Positions 1 through 9,217 of a stretch of 64,000 nucleotides of DNA are shown here, piece by piece. Numbering within the stretch: the stretch's first letter is position 1; each line of letters opens with the position of its first letter. The position numbers were made by a program, and so were the translations under genes. Origin of the DNA: an uncultured Aquificales bacterium (lineage in GTDB: Bacteria; Thermosulfidibacterota; Thermosulfidibacteria; Thermosulfidibacterales; Thermosulfidibacteraceae); the NCBI GenBank assembly GCA_964453345.1, contig CAYVOC010000003.1, forward strand, positions 1 to 64,000, read 5' to 3'. The notes beneath the pieces were generated by a model. The model worked only from the letters and a program-made list of their open reading frames with translations. It ran no database searches and was not told where the DNA came from.

Positions 1-2
1 GA

Positions 3-30
3 TTGACAGAGGGGGTGGGTGTTTATAAAT
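3..30 (+). promoter_or_regulatory. Putative sigma70 promoter for tRNA-Gln-rpmB
   Basis: Perfect TTGACA at 3-8 followed by AT-rich TATAAAT at 24-30, directly upstream of the tRNA. The -10 spacing is imperfect. Confidence 0.5.
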
Positions 31-48
31 ATTAGTCTGCCTTGGTGC

Positions 49-123
49 TGGGGCGTGGCCAAGTTGGCAAGGCAGCGGACTTTGGATCCGCGATCCCAGG
101 TTCGAATCCTGGCGCCCCAGCCA
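49..123 (+). tRNA. tRNA-Gln (anticodon TTG), CCA encoded
   Basis: TGGGGCG acceptor stem pairs with CGCCCCA; anticodon stem GCGGA/TCCGC with loop CTTTGGA; T-loop GGTTCGAATCC; 3' end GCCA. Confidence 0.96.
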
Positions 124-148
124 CTTATTTTTTATCGGGGGGACGGAT

Positions 149-343
149 ATGGCCAGAAGGTGCGAGATCTGTGGGAAGCAGACCATTTTCGGTCACAGGA
201 TAAGCCATGCCCACAATGTGAGCAGCAGGAAGTTCTATCCCAACATCCAGAAGGTGAAGGTCCGCCTTCCCAACGGTCAGGTGAAGCGGATAAAGGTCTG
301 CACCAAGTGCCTCAAGGCGGGCAAGGTGGAGAAGGTGGTTTAA
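149..343 (+). CDS. rpmB: 50S ribosomal protein L28 (zinc-binding CxxC..CxxC type)
   Basis: MARRCEICGK...GHRISHAHN..RKFYPNIQ...KVCTKCLK is the typical L28 pattern. Confidence 0.96.
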   Translation: MARRCEICGKQTIFGHRISHAHNVSSRKFYPNIQKVKVRLPNGQVKRIKVCTKCLKAGKVEKVV

Positions 344-344
344 T

Positions 345-372
345 GGGGTCCGGGTTTTGCCCCGGGCCTTTA
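345..372. terminator. Hairpin between convergent rpmB and rel, probable terminator
   Basis: GGTCCGGG (347-354) pairs with CCCGGGCC (361-368), including one G-U pair, followed by a short T run. It lies between two convergent stop codons. Confidence 0.55.
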
Positions 373-2529
373 CCTTCTCTCCTTCACCCTTTCCGCTCTT
401 ATCACCCCTTCAACCGCCTGTATCTTTGCAAGCAGGTTTTCCAAGTGCTCCTTGCTTTTTACGTCAACCACAAAGTGCAGAAAGGCCCTTTTGTCCACGG
501 TGGTGCTGATGTTTGCGGATTCTATGTTCACTCCCTCCTTGGACATTATGTTGGTGACTTCCGCCAGAAGGCCGGGTCTGTCGTAGGCTTCGAGGCGTAT
601 TCTGGCGGGGAAGGTGGTTTTTCCTAAGTTTGTCCATTCCACTTCCACCCTTCTTTCAGGATCGCAGCTCAGCCTTGCGAGGTTCGGGCAATCTACCGAA
701 TGGATGGTTATCCCTCTGCCCTTGGTTATGTAGCCCACTATGTCGTCCCCGGGCAACGGGTTGCAGCACTTGGCGAATCTCACTACCACATCGGGCATTC
801 CGTCAACGGATACGCTTATGCCCAAGGATGGCTTGCTGCCTGTTGTGGGCTTTGCCTCTTTTCTTTTGGGCTGGGTGGGGAAGAGTTTGGAAAAGAGGGT
901 TCTGGGCGATACCCTGCCCATTCCTATGGCCACAAGGAGGTCTGTGGCGCTTTTGTATCCGAGTTTGGGGGCTACTTCATCTATTTTTCCTTCGTCCAGA
1001 AGCCTTCCAAAGTTTTTGTCGTGCTTTCTGAACTCCTTTATGCAGAGTTCCTTTCCTATTTCGTAGGCCCTTTCTCTTTCCTTTGCCCTGAGCCAGGCCA
1101 TTATCTTGGTTCTGGCCCTTGTGGTCTTCACTATCTTGAGCCAGTCCCTGCTGGGGTGCTGGTGGGGGGAGGTTATTATCTCAACCTTTTCTCCGGTTTT
1201 GAGTTCGTAGTCCAAAGATACGAGCTTTCCGTCAACCTTGGCGCCCACGCAGTGGTGCCCCACTTCCGTGTGGATGGCGTAGGCGAAGTCAAGAGGGGTT
1301 GCCCCCTTGGGGAAGGCCTTGACCTCTCCCTTGGGGGTGAAGACGTAGACCTTTTCGGGGAAGAGATCGGTTTTCAGATTGTATATGAAGTCCTTGTGGT
1401 CTCCAACATCCTTCTGCCAGTCGAGAAAGCGCCTTATCCACGAGAATATCTGCTCCTCTTCCTTGTCCACGCGCCCCTTCTCCTTGTATTTCCAGTGGGC
1501 GGCTATTCCCTCTTCGGCAACCCTGTGCATCTCCCAGGTCCTTATCTGGAACTCCACCTTTTCCCCTTCCGGTCCTATTACGGTTGTGTGCAGGGACTGA
1601 TACATGTTGGGCTTGGGCATGGCTATGTAGTCCTTGAACCTTCCGGGTATGTAGGGCCAGTTGGAGTGGATCACCCCAAGAACCGTGTAGCACTCGTCAA
1701 CGGTGTCAACGATGATCCTGAGGGCTATTAGATCATACAGCTCTTCGAAGCTCAGGTTGTTTTCCACCATCTTTTTGTAGATGCTGTAGAAATGCTTGGG
1801 GCGTCCCTCTATGTGGGCCTTTATGCCCTTTTCTTCAAGCTTCTCTCTCACTATTTCCATCATGCGCTTTATGTAGGCCTCCCTCTCCTCCCTGCTTCTG
1901 GCAACCCGCTCTTCTATGTATTTATACATTTCGGGGTTTATCTCCCTGAAGGCCAGATCCTCCATCTCCCACTTTATCCTTGCCAGTCCCAGTCTGTGGG
2001 CCAGGGGGGCGTATATGTCTAAGGTTTCCTGGGCTATGCGCTTTCTCTTTTCCGGGTTCTCTATGTAGTGGAGGGTTCGCATGTTGTGGAGCCTGTCGGC
2101 GAGCTTTATGATTATCACCCTCAGATCCTTTGCCATTGCCAGAAGCATCTTTCTGATGGTTTCGGCCTGTCTCTGAAGCTTGGTCTTTGCCTCTATCTTG
2201 CTTATTTTGGATACGCTCTCCACCAGAAAGGCGATCTCCTCTCCGAACTCTTCCTCCAGCTCCTTCTTGGTGACCTCTGTGTCTTCAAGGACGTCGTGCA
2301 AAAGCGCTGCTGCTACGGTGATATGGTCCATGCGCATGCCCGAAAGGATGTGGGCAACCTCTAAGGGGTGGACGATGTAGGGCTCGCCGGAGTGGCGCCT
2401 CTGCCCCTCGTGGGCCTTGGCGGCCTTCTCGTAGGCCCTGTCTATTATGGAGATGTCCACCTTCGGGTGGTGGGCAAGAACGTTCCTTTTTATCTGCTCA
2501 AGCTTTTCATCATAGGTTACGGTTGCCAT
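370..2529 (-). CDS. rel: Bifunctional (p)ppGpp synthetase/hydrolase Rel (RelA/SpoT family)
   Basis: HD hydrolase motif HDVLED, KLADRLHNMRTL, synthetase RFKDYIA..K.N.YQSLHT, TGS domain DFAYAIHT, C-terminal ACT. Start placed at MATVTY (2529), downstream of the ORF-track start. Confidence 0.96.
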   Translation of the reverse strand: MATVTYDEKLEQIKRNVLAHHPKVDISIIDRAYEKAAKAHEGQRRHSGEPYIVHPLEVAHILSGMRMDHITVAAALLHDVLEDTEVTKKELEEEFGEEIAFLVESVSKISKIEAKTKLQRQAETIRKMLLAMAKDLRVIIIKLADRLHNMRTLHYIENPEKRKRIAQETLDIYAPLAHRLGLARIKWEMEDLAFREINPEMYKYIEERVARSREEREAYIKRMMEIVREKLEEKGIKAHIEGRPKHFYSIYKKMVENNLSFEELYDLIALRIIVDTVDECYTVLGVIHSNWPYIPGRFKDYIAMPKPNMYQSLHTTVIGPEGEKVEFQIRTWEMHRVAEEGIAAHWKYKEKGRVDKEEEQIFSWIRRFLDWQKDVGDHKDFIYNLKTDLFPEKVYVFTPKGEVKAFPKGATPLDFAYAIHTEVGHHCVGAKVDGKLVSLDYELKTGEKVEIITSPHQHPSRDWLKIVKTTRARTKIMAWLRAKERERAYEIGKELCIKEFRKHDKNFGRLLDEGKIDEVAPKLGYKSATDLLVAIGMGRVSPRTLFSKLFPTQPKRKEAKPTTGSKPSLGISVSVDGMPDVVVRFAKCCNPLPGDDIVGYITKGRGITIHSVDCPNLARLSCDPERRVEVEWTNLGKTTFPARIRLEAYDRPGLLAEVTNIMSKEGVNIESANISTTVDKRAFLHFVVDVKSKEHLENLLAKIQAVEGVIRAERVKERR

Positions 2530-3254
2530 TTTATGTGCTCCTTCATGGCTTCGGCGAACTGGCCAGCTCCCATCCTCACGGTTATGTCGCATAGATGGCT
2601 TATGGGGGTCTCTTCCGGGTTCACCTCTATCACGAAGGCCCCTGAGTTTTTGGCGATTACCGGCAGGCTTGCGGCGGGCTGCACAACGGCCGATGTTCCA
2701 ACAACAAGCATAACATCGCAGGTTTCGCTGTGCTTTATGGCCGCATTAAGGGCGTCCTCAGGCAGTGTTTCCCCAAACCAGACCACATCGGGCCTGAGAA
2801 GGGATCCGCATTCGGGGCATTTGGGAAGCTTCTCTTCGTATTCCCTTTTTCTGGGGACGGTTCTTTTGTAGGGGCAGTTGGTGCACCTCTCCCTCCAGAT
2901 GTTCCCGTGCAGCTCTATGATCCTTTTTGATCCTGCAAGCTGGTGCAGCCCGTCTATGTTCTGGGTTATGAGCCAGAAATCCGGGATGATCCTTTCAAGG
3001 TAGGCTATGAACAGATGTCCCGGGTTCGGTTTTTTGTCCGCCATAAGGGATCTTCTCCAGTTATACCACTCCCACACCAGCTCAGGGTTTTTCTGGAAGG
3101 CCCAGGGGGTTGCCAGCTCCTCCGGTTTGTATTTTTTCCAGAGTCCGTCTGGACCTCTGAAGGTGGGGATCCCCGATTCCTTGGATATGCCCGCACCTGT
3201 GAGGACCACAAGTTTGCCGGCTCCTTTGATTTTTTCGGCCACCTTCTCAAGCAT
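2517..3254 (-). CDS. cobB: NAD-dependent protein deacylase (sirtuin, class III)
   Basis: GAGISKESGIPTFR, TQNIDGLH, HG..CxxC..CxxC, LRPDVVWFGE; YNWR matches the YxxR desuccinylase-type motif. Confidence 0.95.
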   Translation of the reverse strand: MLEKVAEKIKGAGKLVVLTGAGISKESGIPTFRGPDGLWKKYKPEELATPWAFQKNPELVWEWYNWRRSLMADKKPNPGHLFIAYLERIIPDFWLITQNIDGLHQLAGSKRIIELHGNIWRERCTNCPYKRTVPRKREYEEKLPKCPECGSLLRPDVVWFGETLPEDALNAAIKHSETCDVMLVVGTSAVVQPAASLPVIAKNSGAFVIEVNPEETPISHLCDITVRMGAGQFAEAMKEHIKWQP

Positions 3255-4227
3255 TTTCTTCCTCCTGGAAGTGGGAAAATCCCCTGTGGGATGCGGGAAT
3301 CCTTTTCCCTTTGCTAATAAGATATACGCCCGATCCCTCCCTTATGCCACCTATGATGCTTATGGGGGTGTTGGTTTTCCGGGCGATCTTTTCTATTTCG
3401 GGAATGTCCTCCCTTTGGGCTGTGAGCATGAGTTCGTATTCCTCGCCGCCGTTCAGTATGTAGAACTCCTCAGAATGCTCCAGCCACTTCAGCTGTTCCT
3501 CGGAGAGGAGAAGCCCCGGTAGTTTCTCCTTTTCTATCTCCACGGCCACGCCGCTTGCCTTTGATAATCTGTGGGCGTCCTTTATCAGCCCATCGCTTAT
3601 GTCTATCATCGCCTTTGCAAGTCTTTTTTCCGCTACGGCGAGGGCAAACTCGCTTCTCAGACCTGGAATAAGGTGCCTCTCTATCTGCTGGAAGAAGAGG
3701 GGAAGGGGATAGCCCTTTAGCAGGGCTTCAAGGCCCACGGCGGATGTCCCGGGTCTTCCCGTAATGATTAGCACCTGATCGGGTTTGGCCCCGCTCCTTT
3801 TCACGGGATCTTTGCATGTTCCAAGCACGGTCACAGAGAGAATGAGCCTGTCGCTTCTGCAGGTGTCGCCACCGATGATTGTGCAGCCGTATCTTTCGCA
3901 TGCGTATTCTATGCCCCTGTAGAGCCTCAAAAGATCCTCAAGATCCGTTTCGGGGGGCACTCCTACGCAGATGCTCAAATAAAGGGGCCTTCCCCCCGTC
4001 GCCAGAATATCGCTTATGTTGGCGAGGGCCGCCTTGGTTCCCACATGGTAGTGGTCAAAGGGCGGGATGGTGAAGTGGGTCCCCTCTATCAGCATGTCGC
4101 TGCTTACAAGCGTCGTTTCGTCAGGGGTGATGACGGCGCAGTCGTCTGTTATGTCCGCTATCAGGTTCGGGAAGGTCTCCTGCAGCTTCTCCAGAAAGCC
4201 GTCCTCTCCCAAATCCCTGAGCTTCAA
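3247..4227 (-). CDS. thiL: Thiamine-monophosphate kinase
   Basis: LGE..F, DDCA, SDMLIEGTHF, NISDI.A.GG.P, GGDT, IDISDGL, GGEEYEL, GFSHF; TTG start. Confidence 0.93.
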   Translation of the reverse strand: MKLRDLGEDGFLEKLQETFPNLIADITDDCAVITPDETTLVSSDMLIEGTHFTIPPFDHYHVGTKAALANISDILATGGRPLYLSICVGVPPETDLEDLLRLYRGIEYACERYGCTIIGGDTCRSDRLILSVTVLGTCKDPVKRSGAKPDQVLIITGRPGTSAVGLEALLKGYPLPLFFQQIERHLIPGLRSEFALAVAEKRLAKAMIDISDGLIKDAHRLSKASGVAVEIEKEKLPGLLLSEEQLKWLEHSEEFYILNGGEEYELMLTAQREDIPEIEKIARKTNTPISIIGGIREGSGVYLISKGKRIPASHRGFSHFQEEENA

Positions 4228-4790
4228 CGTATCAGCTCCGGGGGAAGGTTGGTTATCAGGATGGTGCCATCGGGAAGGTGTATCACCCTCAGACCGCCTT
4301 CCTCTTCTTCGCCCTTTCTCGCCACGCTTTTGACAAGCCTTCTGGTTTCTCTGTAGGGGGGGACTCCGCCGTATTTTTCAACGGCTCCCGGTCCGGCGTT
4401 GTAGGCGGCCACCGCCAGTTTCTCGTCTCCGTATCTGTCGAGGAGCATCTTGAAGTATCTCAGCCCGCCCTCTATGTTTTGCTTAACGTCTAAGGGATCA
4501 ACCCCGAGCATCCTTGCGGTTTCGGGTAGCAGCTGCATGACCCCTATGGCCCCCTTGGATGAGTAGGCCAAGGGGTTCAGGTTGGATTCCTCCTTTGCAA
4601 GCTTCAGGGCGAGCTCCGGATCTATGCCGAGCCGCTCCGCCGTTTCTCTTACTATGGCCTCTATCTCTTTTCTGCTGTAGTTGTAGCAGACGAGTCTGCC
4701 CGCCACCTTTCCGCAGATGGGCTTTGCAGGGGCGTTAGCGATCAAAGAGAGCGTCAACAAAGCGCTCAGCGTTAAACTCCTGAAGGTCAT
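4224..4790 (-). CDS. Secreted lytic transglycosylase (SLT domain)
   Basis: Signal peptide, catalytic ES (KEESNLNP.A.S.KGA.G.MQL), AAYNAGPG, GGVPPYRET. SD-like GGGGAGAGG upstream, inside ftsY. Confidence 0.9.
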   Translation of the reverse strand: MTFRSLTLSALLTLSLIANAPAKPICGKVAGRLVCYNYSRKEIEAIVRETAERLGIDPELALKLAKEESNLNPLAYSSKGAIGVMQLLPETARMLGVDPLDVKQNIEGGLRYFKMLLDRYGDEKLAVAAYNAGPGAVEKYGGVPPYRETRRLVKSVARKGEEEEGGLRVIHLPDGTILITNLPPELIR

Positions 4791-6822
4791 CTATCCTCTC
4801 CCCAACCCCTATAAACTTTATGGGAATTCCGAACATCTTTGCAATCGCCACAATGATCCCTCCCTTTGCCGTTCCATCGAGCTTGGTCATGACGATGCCA
4901 GTGATGGGTATGGCTTCTGAGAAGGTTTTGGCCTGGGATATGGCGTTCTGCCCCACCACAGCGTCGAGCACGAGCAGGGTCTCGTGGGGGGCGCCGGGTA
5001 TCTCCTTGGATGCTATTTTCGCCATCTTTTTTAGCTCTTCCATAAGGTTGCTCTTTGTGTGGAGCCTTCCCGCCGTGTCTATTATCACCACATCCATGTT
5101 GCGGGCCTTGGCGGCCTTGACCGCATCGTATACCACCCCCGATGGGTCGGCTCCCTGCTTCTGTTTGATAACGGGGATGCCTATTCTTTCTCCCCACATC
5201 TCGAGCTGTTCTATGGCCGCAGCCCTGAAGGTGTCTCCGGCGGCGAAGAGAACCGAGTATCCCCTGTTTTTTAGAAGATACCCGAGCTTGGCTATGGTGG
5301 TGGTCTTTCCGGTTCCGTTCACTCCCACCACCATTATCACGGTGGGCTTGTGGGATAGATCGAGCTTGCCCTCAGCCTTCTTTAGGATCCTGAGGATCTC
5401 CTCCTCCAATGCCCTGAGCAGTCCCTGTCCGCTTTTTATCTCGCCTATCTCTATCCTTCTTTTGAGGTTTCGTATGATCTCCTCTGTGGCCTCAACCCCC
5501 ACGTCTGCGGCAAGGAGTATCTCCTCAAGCTCTTCAATGCTCACCTCTTTTATCTGCCTTTTGTCCTCTATCAGGGCCTCTATTCTGCCGAGTATGGAGT
5601 CCTTGCTCTTCTTAAGTCCCTCTCTCAGGCGCTTGAAGAGGCTGTCTTCGGAGAGGATGGTTTCGCAGATGCTTACTATCTGTTGGTCTTCGGCCTCCTT
5701 TTTGATCCTTTTGACCAGGGATTTGGCCTCCTTCTTGAGGGGGGTGTCCATCAGGGGTGCAAGGATCTTCAGCGCCCTGGGAAAGTCCTTCGCTTCCGCG
5801 TATCCCCTGGCCAGCTTCAGCTTGAGCTGGTCGCTCAAGCTTCCGGAGATCTCAAGGGGGGAAAGGAGGCTTGTGAGATTCTTCCACATTCCCTTCTCCT
5901 CGTAGTAGTCGGACAGCACCTCCAAGGCCTTTTCTTTTAGCCTTCCCGTCAGGAAGCGGAAGTTCTCCTTTATGAGGGTGATGCCCCTTTCCGGATCCTC
6001 CTCATACAGGGCGCATCCCACTATGGTTTTGGCCTCCGGGGTTTCAATGCCCTCCACAAGTCTGCAGGCCTCCCCGGTCTTTCCCTTGGACAGCAGGGCC
6101 AGGGCCGCCTTGACCTTGAGGTTTTCTGAGTCCACTTCCTTGGCTATTCTCTCCGCTTCTTTTAGGTTTCCGGATTCCAGGTGGCACATGAGGGCCTTTT
6201 CAAGATCCCCCACCTCCTCGAAGAGGGATGCCGCCTTGCGGAAATCTCCCTGCTTGAGGTGCAGATCCGCAAGCATGTTTTTTGCCTCTTTCAGGTTGGA
6301 TTTGGCCGCCTTTTCTAAGTAGTCCTTCGCCCTGTTCACTATGCCCTTTATCTGGTAGGCCCAGCCCGTGTAGAACCAGACTTCAGGGTCCTTCACCTTC
6401 TCCACCTGGTTGAGGAAGAACAGGGCCGTGTCGGCGTCGCCCTTCTCAAGAAGTTCCCTCACAAGATCCCTGCACAGCTCCCACTTTACCACGGCCGAGG
6501 GTATCTTGCTGAAGGCCTCTTTGAATCCCTGATCGATCTTTCTCTCCTCAAGGGCGCTGAAAAGATCTCCCATGCCGTGGCCGAGACTTTTCAGCGGGGA
6601 GAGGTTTTTCTCCTTGAGATAGTCAGCGGCGGCCTTCTCTATCTCTTCCGCATCGGGCACCTTGGATGCGTCCTTTCTGACATTCTTCAGCTCCTTTTCG
6701 TTGTTCAGTATGTGGGCTATCATGAAGGCGCAGAGGGCTGCCCAGGGATCCTTCTTCTTTTTGGCGAGCTTCTTTAGATCCTTCAGCTCCTTTTTCAGGT
6801 CCTTTTCGCTTACTGTTGACAA
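4735..6822 (-). CDS. ftsY: SRP receptor FtsY with long N-terminal TPR/alpha-solenoid domain
   Basis: The C-terminal ~300 aa form the NG domain: GVNGTGKTTT, DTFRAAA, DTAGR, TKLDGTAKGG, GVGE..DDL. The N-terminal ~390 aa are helical repeats. TTG start with GGAGG SD. Confidence 0.93.
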   Translation of the reverse strand: MSTVSEKDLKKELKDLKKLAKKKKDPWAALCAFMIAHILNNEKELKNVRKDASKVPDAEEIEKAAADYLKEKNLSPLKSLGHGMGDLFSALEERKIDQGFKEAFSKIPSAVVKWELCRDLVRELLEKGDADTALFFLNQVEKVKDPEVWFYTGWAYQIKGIVNRAKDYLEKAAKSNLKEAKNMLADLHLKQGDFRKAASLFEEVGDLEKALMCHLESGNLKEAERIAKEVDSENLKVKAALALLSKGKTGEACRLVEGIETPEAKTIVGCALYEEDPERGITLIKENFRFLTGRLKEKALEVLSDYYEEKGMWKNLTSLLSPLEISGSLSDQLKLKLARGYAEAKDFPRALKILAPLMDTPLKKEAKSLVKRIKKEAEDQQIVSICETILSEDSLFKRLREGLKKSKDSILGRIEALIEDKRQIKEVSIEELEEILLAADVGVEATEEIIRNLKRRIEIGEIKSGQGLLRALEEEILRILKKAEGKLDLSHKPTVIMVVGVNGTGKTTTIAKLGYLLKNRGYSVLFAAGDTFRAAAIEQLEMWGERIGIPVIKQKQGADPSGVVYDAVKAAKARNMDVVIIDTAGRLHTKSNLMEELKKMAKIASKEIPGAPHETLLVLDAVVGQNAISQAKTFSEAIPITGIVMTKLDGTAKGGIIVAIAKMFGIPIKFIGVGERIDDLQEFNAERFVDALFDR

Positions 6823-6844
6823 GGTATACCTCCCGAAGTAGCTT
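6816..6844 (+). promoter_or_regulatory. Putative sigma70 promoter for hypothetical-trmB operon
   Basis: TTGACA (6816-6821), 17 nt, TAGCTT (6839-6844), ending 10 nt before ATG 6855. Confidence 0.55.
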
Positions 6845-6854
6845 TATTGCAGCC

Positions 6855-7166
6855 ATGTCTCATATCATTCTCAATGCGGATTTTGAAGATGTAAAGCGTC
6901 TGTTTGCCGGTGAGATGCTTGAGGGGGAGGGGGGAGGTGTGGTGCTCGTTGAGGCCTTCGGTTTTGTTCTGCCGGTGGTGGTTGCTCCTTCCCCCGGGGG
7001 CGTGATCGTGAGGGTGGAGAACGGGGATGGCCATCTGGATCAGGATATGGTTCAGATGGTTATAGCCTCCGTTGCTTCCCGGATAGCTGAGGCCCTTGCT
7101 GCAAAACCCGTGAGGGCTACCCTTTCGAGGAGGATTTTGCGCCACTATGGTCTACTTGACGCCTGA
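6855..7166 (+). CDS. Hypothetical protein (~103 aa)
   Basis: Fills the gap between ftsY and trmB with genome-typical codon usage and overlaps the trmB start. No family recognised. Confidence 0.6.
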   Translation: MSHIILNADFEDVKRLFAGEMLEGEGGGVVLVEAFGFVLPVVVAPSPGGVIVRVENGDGHLDQDMVQMVIASVASRIAEALAAKPVRATLSRRILRHYGLLDA

Positions 7167-7947
7167 GGAGGCCTTGGGGGTTGTTCCGAGGCAGAGGGGC
7201 TGGGTTGTTGAGATAGGCTTCGGGAACGGGGCCTTTCTGAAGTGGTTGTCTACCCGCTTTGATCTCGTTCTGGGGCTGGATATAGCGAATCTCGCCTTTG
7301 AGAAGGCTAAATCCAGGCTTTCCGGGACCAATGCGGTGGTTGTTAAAAGCGATGCCCGTTTCTTTCTCAGGTATCTTGTTGCACCCCGGAGCCTGTCTGA
7401 GGTCTATATTCTCTTTCCCGATCCCTGGCCCAAAAACAGAAAGAGAAGGCTTATTGATGCGGATTTCGCCCGGCTTCTCTCCTCGCGCCTTGAGGCGGGG
7501 GGGAGGGTCTATGTGGCGACCGATCACGAGGATTACGCCCTGCAGATAGAGGAGACTCTGGGATCCGTTATGCGTAAAGATGATTGGCGGCTGCCTGTGG
7601 CCACAAAGTATATGCTCAAGTGGCAGAGGATGGGGAGGGGATACAGGGGCTTCTGCTTTGTGAACCATCGGCCCGTGGAGATGGACTTTACTCCCGCCCT
7701 CAGAAGTATTAGCTTGAGGCATGAGATAACCGCCCGTGTGGGAAGGGTTGTGAGATCGGAGGACGCCCTTCTGAAGGTTGACGGGCTTTTTGAGCGCGGC
7801 AAAAGAAGGCTTTACAGGCTGATCTACTCCGAGGGCGGTCTTTCCAGCAGATACTTCTTTCTTCAGGAGGACGGGTTTCTCTTTTCTCTGAACACCTGGG
7901 GGGAGGTCTTTCCGCCCCGGATGGTGGAGTTGCTGAAGCTTTTATAA
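7147..7947 (+). CDS. trmB: tRNA (guanine-N7)-methyltransferase with C-terminal extension
   Basis: VEIGFGNG SAM motif, FPDPWPK...RRL, ATD...Y, TKY. Confidence 0.9.
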   Translation: MVYLTPEEALGVVPRQRGWVVEIGFGNGAFLKWLSTRFDLVLGLDIANLAFEKAKSRLSGTNAVVVKSDARFFLRYLVAPRSLSEVYILFPDPWPKNRKRRLIDADFARLLSSRLEAGGRVYVATDHEDYALQIEETLGSVMRKDDWRLPVATKYMLKWQRMGRGYRGFCFVNHRPVEMDFTPALRSISLRHEITARVGRVVRSEDALLKVDGLFERGKRRLYRLIYSEGGLSSRYFFLQEDGFLFSLNTWGEVFPPRMVELLKLL

Positions 7948-7968
7948 TGTCGGCTGCGGAGGTGGGAC

Positions 7969-8817
7969 ATGTTCTACAAGGCACCTTGCAAAATAAAGGA
8001 TGGTGTATGGGCGCTGGGGAATGAGCTTTTCCCGTGCTTCCTCGTTGAATGCAAGGGACGGCTTTTCCTTTTTGAGCCTTCCCTTTCGGGTGCCTACCCT
8101 GAGCTTAAAGGGCAGATGGGGGATCTCGGTTGCTCCTTGGAGGATGTGGAGGCGGTTGTTGTGCTCCACTCCCATTACGATCATGTGATGATGCTTTTCC
8201 CCCTCCTGGATGAGGTGAAGATTCCGGTTTACGCCCACCCCTCTGCCAAGGGAGCCTTGGGTAAGCTGAAGGTTCTCTCCTTCTTCAGGGGAGCCGATGA
8301 CTACAGCAGCCGTAAGGTTTACGGGACCGTGCCTGAGTATTCCCTGAGGGAGGTGGAGTTTGAGGATATTGAGAGGCTGAAGGATATGGGGCTGGAGGTC
8401 TATCACCTTCCCGGTCACAGCCCCTGCTCTGTGGGGATAGGGTGCGGCGGTGCTCTCTTCGTTTCGGATGCCATCGGATTCTTCGGCAAGGAGCTTGGCC
8501 ACAGTCCCCTCTTCTTCTACAGCTACGACCTATACATGGAATCCATAGAGAAGGTGGGCTCATTGGCGAAGGATTACGATGTGGTGATCATCGGACATAA
8601 CTGTTATTTTGAGGGGAATGAGGCCCTGGAGGCCGTTGAGAGGGCGAGGGAGGAGGCGAGGGCCCTGAAAGATTCTATACTCTCCAGAGGCTTTACCCCG
8701 GATAACCCCGATGAGCTGTTCAGGGAGCTGTATGTGGGAGAGTATCTCTACTATCCGCCGGAGATCATCAAGAACTGCGCCGTTTACCTCATAAAGAGGG
8801 CTTTAGAAGCCTCCTGA
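7969..8817 (+). CDS. MBL-fold metallo-hydrolase
   Basis: HSHYDH (HxHxDH), PGHS, FVSD and IGH motifs; GGAGG SD. Confidence 0.85.
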   Translation: MFYKAPCKIKDGVWALGNELFPCFLVECKGRLFLFEPSLSGAYPELKGQMGDLGCSLEDVEAVVVLHSHYDHVMMLFPLLDEVKIPVYAHPSAKGALGKLKVLSFFRGADDYSSRKVYGTVPEYSLREVEFEDIERLKDMGLEVYHLPGHSPCSVGIGCGGALFVSDAIGFFGKELGHSPLFFYSYDLYMESIEKVGSLAKDYDVVIIGHNCYFEGNEALEAVERAREEARALKDSILSRGFTPDNPDELFRELYVGEYLYYPPEIIKNCAVYLIKRALEAS

Positions 8818-9187
8818 TCCTCTCCCATGCCCTTTTATCTGCCGGGGCGAGGCTGTATTTCTCAACCTCCTCAGGGGGAACCAGGGCGACATTCTGGCAC
8901 TCTATCGCCTTGGGATTCTCCTCTGTTCTTGCAAGCACAAAATGAAGCTTCACCTTCTTTTCGGGGTAGCTGTGGGTGAGGCTGAAGAGCACCTTCTCCG
9001 GTTTCACCCTTATGCCCAGCTCCTCCTCTATCTCCCTGATGAGGGCATCTTCAGGGGTCTCTCCCTCCTCGATCTTGCCCCCGGGGAACTCCCACAGGCC
9101 CTCTAAGTGATCCCCCTTCTTGCGCTGGGCAAGGATGATTCTGTCTTGCAACAGGATGACCCCTGCAACCACGTCAATCGCTTGCAT
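8789..9187 (-). CDS. mutT: MutT/NudG-family Nudix hydrolase (8-oxo-dGTP diphosphatase-like)
   Basis: WEFPGGKIEEGETPEDALIREIEEELG Nudix box. Start MQAIDVV with GGAGG SD. Confidence 0.88.
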   Translation of the reverse strand: MQAIDVVAGVILLQDRIILAQRKKGDHLEGLWEFPGGKIEEGETPEDALIREIEEELGIRVKPEKVLFSLTHSYPEKKVKLHFVLARTEENPKAIECQNVALVPPEEVEKYSLAPADKRAWERIRRLLKPSL

Positions 9188-9210
9188 GGCTGATCCCTCC
9201 TGCATATACT
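9182..9210 (+). promoter_or_regulatory. Putative sigma70 promoter giving a leaderless rsmH mRNA
   Basis: TTGCAT (9182-9187), 17 nt, TATACT (9205-9210), 7 nt, ATG (9218); no SD. Confidence 0.6.
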
Positions 9211-9217
9211 TGCTTGC

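Noticed and set aside
19-627. 202-aa ORF spanning tRNA-Gln and rpmB
   Set aside because: Overlaps a tRNA, rpmB and rel; spurious.
700-1731. 343-aa plus-strand ORF (and similar long ORFs at 4820-5905, 15834-16667, 32854-33675, 43469-44329, 51748-52746, 59406-60143)
   Set aside because: Antisense shadows of well-supported genes. They have no recognisable motifs and are expected from biased codon usage.
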